This document shows positions 29,311-36,921 of a stretch of DNA of 64,000 bases, piece by piece. How positions within the stretch are numbered: the stretch's first letter is position 1; each line of letters begins with the position of its first letter. The notes beneath the pieces are model-generated. The model did not search any database. It was not told the DNA's origin and saw only the letters and a program-made list of their open reading frames with translations. The stretch lies in NCBI GenBank assembly GCA_963777505.1, contig CAVZQN010000004.1:1440001-1504000 (forward strand), in the 5' to 3' direction. The stretch comes from an uncultured bacterium. Lineage in GTDB: Bacteria > Acidobacteriota > HRBIN11 > JAKEFK01. Position numbers and translations under genes: made by a program.

Positions 29311-30534
29311 TTATGATGGTTTTCTCTTCTTATTAGGCTTACTTGAAGGTTTCTTTACAGCTTTTTTCTGCGTTGTTTTTGTTGAATCCATTTTATGTTT
29401 CGAAGTTTCTTTGCTGGATTCAATTTTCTTGCTCGAAGTGTATTGCGTTTTCGGCTTCACCTCTGGTTTCTTTGAAGTGAATTTAGCAGGGGAAGCAGAA
29501 CTCTTTTTAGGAGCAGTGCTCTTTACAAACGCTTTACTGTTTGAACTATGCTTCACTTCAACTTTTCTGTTGTTGTTGCTGCTGAACTTACTTTGAGACG
29601 CCGGACTTTTTTTCGGCGGCGTGCTCTTTATAAAAGCCTTTCTTTTCGAATCGTTATTTGATTCTAGTTTCTTAGTTGATTGGCTTTTAGGTACATTCTT
29701 CACTTCAACTTTGCTTTTTGAGCTCTGATTGAATTCAGGTCGTTTGCTCGAGCTGAGCTGACGGCTTTTTTCAGAACTCTGTTTTACAACAACCTTGCTT
29801 CTTGAATTATCGAGTCGATCTGCATCCACGCGTCTGACTTTCGATGCTCGAGTAACTTCACGCACTACCTGAGATTCGCGATGTTCAGGAACTACCATTC
29901 GTACGCGATGTCGATCCGCTTCAAATGATCTTTCGCGGACTTTGACAACTTGTACCGGACGTCGAACAACGCGTTCGAAGTCGTCTCGATCCCAACGTGA
30001 TTCGCGGACGCGTATCACTCTACGATCAAAGAGCGGGCGAATGCGATCACCGCGCAAGTAGTGACGTGAGTAATCGCCGTATCCATAATGATCCCGGTCA
30101 ATAAACACCCACAGATTTACGTTTGAGTATCCAGGATTCGGATAAACCGGACTCCATCCTAAATAGTCATCTCCATACGCCCAGGTTACGCGCGATGGAT
30201 AGTATTCATATCCAGGAATCCAGACCCAGCCGTAACTTGCTGTGAAAATCCAGCGTCCATAATGATAGGTAGCCCAACCATAAGGTTCTGAGCTATCCCA
30301 CATCGGACCGTAATCTGTGTAGACCCAGTGTCCGACCGAGTAAGGCCGCCAACCCGCTGCTACGCGCGGCCGAAAGGCATTACCATACGATGAAACATTG
30401 ACCCATGAACCATACGGATCCAATGCATCATGGAAACTAAATGAAAAGCTTGCATTTGAATATGCATGACTTTTTCCTGCAGTCCCAAACGTCCCCATCA
30501 AAAATAAAAGCGAAATAATCATTAATTTTTTCAT
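29311..30534 (-). CDS. Exported DUF6600-like protein with long Lys/Ser-rich tail
   Basis: LDPYGSW..WRPYSVGHWVYTDYG..EPYGWATYHYGRW..GWVWIPG; ATG at 30534 follows GGAGG. Confidence 0.85.
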   Translation of the reverse strand: MKKLMIISLLFLMGTFGTAGKSHAYSNASFSFSFHDALDPYGSWVNVSSYGNAFRPRVAAGWRPYSVGHWVYTDYGPMWDSSEPYGWATYHYGRWIFTASYGWVWIPGYEYYPSRVTWAYGDDYLGWSPVYPNPGYSNVNLWVFIDRDHYGYGDYSRHYLRGDRIRPLFDRRVIRVRESRWDRDDFERVVRRPVQVVKVRERSFEADRHRVRMVVPEHRESQVVREVTRASKVRRVDADRLDNSRSKVVVKQSSEKSRQLSSSKRPEFNQSSKSKVEVKNVPKSQSTKKLESNNDSKRKAFIKSTPPKKSPASQSKFSSNNNRKVEVKHSSNSKAFVKSTAPKKSSASPAKFTSKKPEVKPKTQYTSSKKIESSKETSKHKMDSTKTTQKKAVKKPSSKPNKKRKPS

Positions 30535-30571
30535 GGGAAATACCTCCACAAGTTATTTCAACTGAGAATAA

Positions 30572-30587
30572 AGCAATATTTATACCA
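30572..30587 (-). promoter_or_regulatory. Candidate sigma54 (-24/-12) promoter
   Basis: Minus strand TGGTATAAATATTGCT (GG-N10-GC), about 38 nt upstream of the DUF6600 ATG. Confidence 0.7.
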
Positions 30588-30667
30588 GGAAGGATGTTAT
30601 TTGGATTCAGTAACTTAGGAGGTTTAGGGGAGTGGCAGTTAGCGTACTCTTGAGTGGGACATTTTCT

Positions 30668-30739
30668 AGTGCTGAGTGCAGAGTAGAGGTGCACTCGATG
30701 CACTCATAACTCATTGCTCAGTACTCATTACTCAGCACT
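30668..30739. repeat. Heptamer-repeat palindrome (ACTCAGC-like) downstream of eda
   Basis: AGTGCTGAGTGCAGAGT ... ACTCATA ACTCATT GCTCAGT ACTCATT ACTCAGCACT. Confidence 0.75.
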
Positions 30740-30741
30740 GA

Positions 30742-31368
30742 TTACTTCACACTAGCTAATAATTTCTTGGCGCGTTCTTCGATGCGATCGTAGCGTTCAT
30801 CGCGCAAATCTTCAGGTGTAAATAAGGATTTCACAAATCCAACAGCAAAAGCTCCAGCCTTTAGATATTCTGCTGCATTGTTTTCATCGATCCCATTTGT
30901 TGGAACAATTTTTAGGAATGGAAGCGGTGCTAAAACGGAACTTACGAACGCAGAACCACCAGCAGGAGCAGGAAATAACTTTTGGAGTTGAGCTCCCGCC
31001 CTGTGAGCCAATAACATTTCGGTTGGTGTAGAGGTGCCCGGCATAGCCACGACTCCAAGCTTGGATGCTTCTTGAATCACATCTACGTCAACGACTGGTG
31101 AAACCAGAAATGATGCGCCTGCATCGACAGATCTTCGGGCATCATCAACTGTCAATACAGTACCGGCTCCGACAGCTAGATCTTCGCGCTTTGAAAACTC
31201 AGCGACCAGTTCAATCGCACCAGGAACAGTTAATGTGAACTCAATAATACGAAAGCCACCACGGACAGCAGCCTCCATCGCTGAAGCTGCAACTTTTTTG
31301 GTAGAAGCTCGGATAATGGCGGAACATTTTTCTTTAGATAATAGGGATAATAATTCTTCAGACTTCAT
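30742..31368 (-). CDS. eda: KDPG/KHG aldolase
   Basis: AIIRA, IEFT, VGAGTVL, FLVSP, PGTSTPTE, KLFPA, VPTNGI. Confidence 0.92.
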   Translation of the reverse strand: MKSEELLSLLSKEKCSAIIRASTKKVAASAMEAAVRGGFRIIEFTLTVPGAIELVAEFSKREDLAVGAGTVLTVDDARRSVDAGASFLVSPVVDVDVIQEASKLGVVAMPGTSTPTEMLLAHRAGAQLQKLFPAPAGGSAFVSSVLAPLPFLKIVPTNGIDENNAAEYLKAGAFAVGFVKSLFTPEDLRDERYDRIEERAKKLLASVK

Positions 31369-31424
31369 TCAATTTTCTCCTTTCTAATTGATGATTCCTT
31401 ACTAGCATTATATAGTGTTGCCGC

Positions 31425-32825
31425 ATGAAGCGCGGACTGCTCATCGCTCCTATAGCCGGTTTGTTGTTTTATTTCCTCCCAATTCCCCTGACTCCCGAAG
31501 GGCATCGCATGCTCGCTATTACCGCGGTTGCCACAACTCTCTGGATCTCTGAAGCAATCCCTCTTGCAGCGACTGCACTTCTAATCGCAGTGCTTGTGGT
31601 TTTGTTTGGTGTTGCGCCGCCGGCAGATGTTTTTTCAGTATTTGCCGAACCGATCCTTTTTCTGTTTGTCGGAAGTTTTATGCTTGCCGAAGCGATGCAA
31701 ATTCACAAATTGGATCAACGAATTGCAAATACAGTTCTGCGAAATGAATGGGTACGAGCGAGAACAGGCCGACTCCTTTTCTTGTATGCAAGCATCTGTT
31801 TCTTAATTTCCATGTGGATCAGCAACACGGCGACAACTGCAATGATGTTTCCGATTGCCCTTTCTATTATTCGAGTTGTTCCTGAGGATGGCCGCAGCAG
31901 AGTCGCGCAGTTGATTTTATTGATGACCTCTTTTGGCGCTTCAATCGGAGGCATGGCTACACCTGTCGGGACACCTCCAAATCTAATTGGCATCGGGATG
32001 ATCAAAAATATTCTTCATCGATCTATCCCATTTTTTGAATGGATGTCGTACGCGTTTCCCATTTCGGTCTTGATATTTTTGGCAATTTACTTCTGCATGC
32101 GAATGTTTTTGGCGCACCCTTGCATGAATGCGCCTATGAGCCACATCGAACTCCCACCCGATGAACCTCATTTACGCAAAGCTCAAAAGAATGTGATGAT
32201 TGCTTTTCTGGTTACAGTATTTTTGTGGTTGCTTCCCGGGTTTGTCTTAATTTTTGGCGGAGATTCAAAATGGTGGGAGAATCATCTGCCTGAATCTGTT
32301 GCTGCCTTGATTGGCGCAATTTTACTTTTCGTCTTGCCAGTAGATTGGGCGAACCGCAAATTTACGATCACCTGGAAACAAGCGGAAGGGATTAATTGGG
32401 GAATTATCCTGCTATTCGGGGGCGGATTAATTCTCGGTAAATTTCTGTTTAAGACAGGCGTTGCTCAATACTTTGGGGATTCGATTGCCGCGGTATATCC
32501 GTTTAGATCGGAATTCAGTTTTATACTTTTGTTTACGTTACTTGCGGTGTTTGTTTCAGAATTCACTTCAAATACAGCATCGGCAAATATGATTCTTCCA
32601 GTCAGTATTGCTGTGTGTCAATCAGCCGGAATTGATCCTTATAAAACAGCGGTGGCAGCTACACTGGCTTCAAGTCTTGGTTTTATGCTTCCAATTTCAA
32701 CTGCGCCGAATGCAATCGTTTTCTCTTCTGGACTCATTCCTATCCGGTCGATGATCCGCTACGGAATTGTTCTGGATATCGTTGGCGCTGTGTTAGTCGC
32801 AGTCGGGATGTATCTACTTGCTTAA
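31425..32825 (+). CDS. DASS/SLC13 family anion transporter
   Basis: SMWISNTAT, TPVGTPPN, SEFTSNTA, FMLPISTAPNA. Confidence 0.95.
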   Translation: MKRGLLIAPIAGLLFYFLPIPLTPEGHRMLAITAVATTLWISEAIPLAATALLIAVLVVLFGVAPPADVFSVFAEPILFLFVGSFMLAEAMQIHKLDQRIANTVLRNEWVRARTGRLLFLYASICFLISMWISNTATTAMMFPIALSIIRVVPEDGRSRVAQLILLMTSFGASIGGMATPVGTPPNLIGIGMIKNILHRSIPFFEWMSYAFPISVLIFLAIYFCMRMFLAHPCMNAPMSHIELPPDEPHLRKAQKNVMIAFLVTVFLWLLPGFVLIFGGDSKWWENHLPESVAALIGAILLFVLPVDWANRKFTITWKQAEGINWGIILLFGGGLILGKFLFKTGVAQYFGDSIAAVYPFRSEFSFILLFTLLAVFVSEFTSNTASANMILPVSIAVCQSAGIDPYKTAVAATLASSLGFMLPISTAPNAIVFSSGLIPIRSMIRYGIVLDIVGAVLVAVGMYLLA

Positions 32826-32828
32826 GGC

Positions 32829-32853
32829 GGGCGGGTCTAAGACCCGCCCCTAC
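32829..32853 (-). repeat. GTAG-type REP hairpin overlapping the cytochrome stop codon
   Basis: Minus strand GTAGGGGCGGGTCTTAGACCCGCCC. Confidence 0.8.
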
Positions 32854-33542
32854 GTTTGATCTTCCGTTTTACCCACCTGAAAAATACAAACAGCGTATAG
32901 AAATATGGAAACAGCAGGATTCCTCCCACTACAGCCACACCTGCACCGATCGTAATTTTTCCGCTTGTGCTTTTCAGCCTACGATTCCACGTATCTTCAT
33001 CCATTCGTGGTGCAACATCTGCGAAAACGTTGTGTGCTTTCTGGATCGAAGCACGAAAACCTTTTCTGGGTTGAGGCGCTGGTTTATCAGGGCCATGACA
33101 GGTATTACACAGTAGCACTTTTGCTTTTACCGGATTATGCGGATCATGACAGACAATGCAATAGTAATCGCTTGTGTCTCCTTCAACTCGATAATCTTTA
33201 ACAAACTGCCAATTCTCATAGTTCACTTTGTGTTCGCCTGTATGACAAATCGTGCAGCCATTGAGTGTTCCTGAATGAAACTCGCCATGACATGCGCCAC
33301 ATAAGACGCCGCGCTTGTTGTGTGTTGCATCTAACCATGTCTTAAATTGACTTTCATGACAGGATCCGCAATCTGCCGCAGGCATATCTTGAGAACTGGA
33401 AATGGCAGGTGTCAAAAATAAAATCAGTGTTAGTAGAAAGGCACGCAGTCGAAGCGCGCGAAGCGGGTAAGACAGTGCCGTAACAGTTTAAACGGCATTG
33501 CCTCGCATTCGCTCGGCTGCGTGCCTTACTACAAAGACGCAT
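32837..33542 (-). CDS. Pentaheme c-type cytochrome with C-terminal TM anchor; 5' end interrupted by a 100-bp element
   Basis: CGSCH, CGACH, CTICH, CIVCH, CNTCH; hydrophobic C-terminus; removing 33433..33532 restores MRLLTLILFLTPAISS from ATG 33542. Confidence 0.85.
33433..33532. mobile_element. 100-bp GTAG..CTAC palindromic (REPIN/MITE-like) insertion
   Basis: Arms GTAGTAAGGCACGCAGCCG and GTAGAAAGGCACGCAGTCG are inverted, with inner TGCCGT..ACGGCA; excision restores the reading frame. Confidence 0.75.
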
Positions 33543-35000
33543 CTATATTTTTACGGAATGAGGCGAAAGAACTTCATCGCTGAAGTTAGATGGAGGAATG
33601 TAATATTTCGAAAAGGCAGGACTCTTTAAATCAATTCCAATCAAATGTTCTTCAATTTTCCGCAGTGAACCAACTCTATACTGTTCAACTTCATTTATAT
33701 TTTTGACAAGACGCACACGTTCATAATTCCAATTCATCATCTTCAAACAAACGCCGTCTACTGCGACTGGATCAAAGCCGGCGATGATAGCATTACTTTC
33801 AACGGTACTCGGGCTAACCGGTCCACCGCGATCCGTTCCAATTATTGCATCGACAACTACAGCATAACGGCGCTGTGGATCGACATGCATTTTTCCGTTT
33901 TTATCTGTGTAACGGATCAACTTGTTTAGATCACATAACGATCGCCAAAGGATATCGTTTTCATAGCCTATTAACTTGCGGCTGACAAATCCTTTCCCGC
34001 TCCATGAAGCTTTACTGTAGTGTGGAACATCGCGAAGAGGGGATTCACGATACAGCTTGAAGTCTGGATTCTTTTGATACTCCGTCATGACTTCGCCTGA
34101 CATGTAATGACTGGTAGTGCGTAAGTTCAACCCCATTAGATTTTTTAGTGCGGCTGTAATTCCACTCCAACCGTGAGTCTTCAGTTTTGGTACTCCGATA
34201 AAAACATCGGCTTCGAGATAGGATTTTGCGATGGCATAGATTCCAAGTTTGTACTTGCCAGGAGAGTATCCGGCCGCATCATGAGCACTAAAAAATAGAT
34301 CTCGCACAAAACCTGTATGTCCATCATGATCTAGATCGGGGATTCCATATGTATCATGGAACGTTGACGCATCTCCAAGTTCTACCCAATAAAACTGATC
34401 ATCATTTGCATCCTGGAAATGGAATTCTACTCCCGGATGGCGTTTTTGGAATTCCTTGATCATTCCAATTGCATTTACAAACGCAGGACCCCAAAAGTAT
34501 TTTTGGCTTCTATATAAAGTCATCGGGCCTTCAACAATCGTAATTTTGGAAGCTCCCGCTTTTACGGCATATTCGACAACTGGTACCACAACGCTTGGAT
34601 GCGTAACTGGCTTTGGAAACAGATATTGCGTTCCCCAATTTGGTTTGATTACAACTGTATCGCCGGGTCGAATGATTTTGCTGAACGGATTTTCTGGATT
34701 TTCTTTGTTTAGCAACATCATGGCTTTTTCAACCAGCGGATAAACGTTGCTATTTTCGCGGAACCAACCGGTCACTTCCCGCAATCTCGGATATGAATTC
34801 ACATTTGGATCCCATGCGACAGCTACAGGAATTTCAGGGAAAGCAGAAAGTGAGCTGTGAATTTTCTTGACTTCGGAAAGAAGATCAGACGATGAAATGT
34901 TTCGAAACGATTTGCCGCAGGATGCAAGGAACGGAGCGCTGCTAAGGAGTGCAGCTCCGCCCATGAACCGTAAAAATTCTCGACGATCAAATGGATCCAT
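33543..35000 (-). CDS. Tat-exported DUF362-family lipoprotein
   Basis: DRREFL twin-arginine motif, FLASC lipobox, VVIKPN, VTHP, VPKLKTH..TAALKNLMG, AGFDPVAVD. Confidence 0.85.
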   Translation of the reverse strand: MDPFDRREFLRFMGGAALLSSAPFLASCGKSFRNISSSDLLSEVKKIHSSLSAFPEIPVAVAWDPNVNSYPRLREVTGWFRENSNVYPLVEKAMMLLNKENPENPFSKIIRPGDTVVIKPNWGTQYLFPKPVTHPSVVVPVVEYAVKAGASKITIVEGPMTLYRSQKYFWGPAFVNAIGMIKEFQKRHPGVEFHFQDANDDQFYWVELGDASTFHDTYGIPDLDHDGHTGFVRDLFFSAHDAAGYSPGKYKLGIYAIAKSYLEADVFIGVPKLKTHGWSGITAALKNLMGLNLRTTSHYMSGEVMTEYQKNPDFKLYRESPLRDVPHYSKASWSGKGFVSRKLIGYENDILWRSLCDLNKLIRYTDKNGKMHVDPQRRYAVVVDAIIGTDRGGPVSPSTVESNAIIAGFDPVAVDGVCLKMMNWNYERVRLVKNINEVEQYRVGSLRKIEEHLIGIDLKSPAFSKYYIPPSNFSDEVLSPHSVKI

Positions 35001-35027
35001 AATTCTATTTTACCGCAGAGTCCGAGA

Positions 35028-36827
35028 TCATTCCCACGAAGTGGGGCGGCCTGCGTTTTCTTTTTGAAGATATTGCATTAATGGTTGAAAATATTCAACC
35101 ATTGCACGTGTGCTCAGTTCTTCTCCAGTTTTTTCTTTAATGACTTCCCGCCAGTCACGAGTGGCTCCCTGTTTCAAAATATCCCACAAAAATGTTCCAA
35201 CTTCTTTATTTCCATAATAGTTACACGAATGTGGATCCTGTTTCAGGATTTTTCTTGCAATGTAATCATGGAGTTGATATTGGACCACAAATGAGAGTGC
35301 ATAGTCATAATACTGTGCCGCGTCGTTATTAATATGTGTTTTTGTGGCCGGGTCGCAATATTTTTCATCTCGCGGAGACGGTGGTTCCACGCCTTGAAAT
35401 TTTGCGGCATATTCCCACCACCGCTTATTGTATTGATCTACCGGGAGGTTTTTTTCATAAAAATCGTGCTCCCAGTGGGTCATCGTACCGGCTGAAAATG
35501 ACTGAAATATGACTGCATTATCCAATGCTTCGTTCAACAGCCATTGAGTTTGATCTATTTTCGTATCTTGCGGCATTAATTTGATTTCCTTCAAATAAGG
35601 AATCTGGCGCGAGGCGCCGGCAATCAGGTAACCGATCCCTTCATGAAATGCGCGATTTGCGCCGCCGCGAAGAACAATCGGGACTTCAGGATTCGTATAA
35701 GCAAGATAATAATAAATATGTCCAAGCTCGTGATGAGTCGTCTCAAACCATCTGAAATTAGGCTTCACACTCATTAATGAGCGAACATCATTTTCTAAAT
35801 CGACATGCCATGCGCTTGCGTGTGTGTTCTTTTTTCGCGGCGAATCAGGGGGTAGTTCGTATAAATCAGATTTGGTCCAGAATGTTTCCGGCATTGCGGG
35901 CATGCCCAACGATATGTAGAACTTCTCCGCTTGCTTAATAATCCATTCAGAAGATTTATCCTTAACAAGGGGATCCAGGTTCACACCTTCTGCCAGGCCG
36001 GGCCATCCTTGACTCCAACGATTTCCGAGCCAATGTGCCGGAATCATTTTCGGTACAGGCTTTTTATATCGAGCGGCAAGTTTGTATTTTGCCCACGTAT
36101 GAAGTTGTTGGTATAACGGTCTCAGATCTGAAAGTATTTTTCCATTCAAATCCATCATTTCTTTTACAGTCATGCCGTAATCAGAAACTTCAAGTGCGAA
36201 GTATGAACTGAATCCTGTAGCTTGCGCAATTTTATTTCGCTGTTGCTGCAATTCAATCAAGCCGGGTTTGAGATCAATCCCAATCTCCTTCGAAACTTCC
36301 CATGACTTTTTCCGCTCATTCAAATCGGTTGAAGTAACCAGCACTTCATCGATCATGTTTGGCGTAACAGGCTTCAGACATTCACTATCCTTGTGCTCGA
36401 AACAGAATTGATATCCATCCATAGAAGCATCTTGATTTGCTTCAGTTTCAACTCTCTTTTTAACGAGGTCCGGCACGGTTCCAGGCGAATGGGCAGCGAT
36501 GTACAGGATCTTATTTAGCTGGCGGATTGTAATTGGATTCAACTGATCTTTGTGCTTCAGTAACTCTTGAGATTGTTCGATAATATAAGGGTCACCACTA
36601 AAAACTGAAAATGCCTTACCCGCTCCGATGCGCTCTCCTGTGTTTTCATTTTTCACATCAGTAACTGCTTTCCACTCAGCCTCGCCAGCAACAGTATAGA
36701 GGCGCTGATACATAGGATTGAAGAATTTTAAGAAAGCCTCGGCGCGTTTTTGAATCGTTTGATCTTGTGTCTGCCCAATTGAATAGAAAATGATCGCAAG
36801 CAGAGTAAGCGTATAGAGTTTCTTCAT
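35028..36827 (-). CDS. M2 family peptidyl-dipeptidase (ACE-like)
   Basis: HASAW, HHELGH, RGGANRAFHEGIG, IPAHWLGNRWSQ. Confidence 0.93.
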   Translation of the reverse strand: MKKLYTLTLLAIIFYSIGQTQDQTIQKRAEAFLKFFNPMYQRLYTVAGEAEWKAVTDVKNENTGERIGAGKAFSVFSGDPYIIEQSQELLKHKDQLNPITIRQLNKILYIAAHSPGTVPDLVKKRVETEANQDASMDGYQFCFEHKDSECLKPVTPNMIDEVLVTSTDLNERKKSWEVSKEIGIDLKPGLIELQQQRNKIAQATGFSSYFALEVSDYGMTVKEMMDLNGKILSDLRPLYQQLHTWAKYKLAARYKKPVPKMIPAHWLGNRWSQGWPGLAEGVNLDPLVKDKSSEWIIKQAEKFYISLGMPAMPETFWTKSDLYELPPDSPRKKNTHASAWHVDLENDVRSLMSVKPNFRWFETTHHELGHIYYYLAYTNPEVPIVLRGGANRAFHEGIGYLIAGASRQIPYLKEIKLMPQDTKIDQTQWLLNEALDNAVIFQSFSAGTMTHWEHDFYEKNLPVDQYNKRWWEYAAKFQGVEPPSPRDEKYCDPATKTHINNDAAQYYDYALSFVVQYQLHDYIARKILKQDPHSCNYYGNKEVGTFLWDILKQGATRDWREVIKEKTGEELSTRAMVEYFQPLMQYLQKENAGRPTSWE

Positions 36828-36833
36828 TTCTGT

Positions 36834-36920
36834 GTCGTAATCCTGATCTTGCTCGTGATCATGATCGAGTTTTAGCGTTTAGCTCGATCACGATTACGAT
36901 CATGAGCAAGATTAAGATTA
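36834..36920. repeat. Hexamer-repeat palindrome (ATCGTG/CACGAT-like)
   Basis: TAATCC TGATCT TGCTCG TGATCA TGATCG AG ... CTCGAT CACGAT TACGAT CATGAG CAAGAT TAAGAT TA. Confidence 0.8.
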
Positions 36921-36921
36921 A

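Noticed and set aside
35028-36827. ACE-like peptidase as a eukaryote-derived novelty
   Set aside because: Bacterial M2 peptidases are already known and widespread
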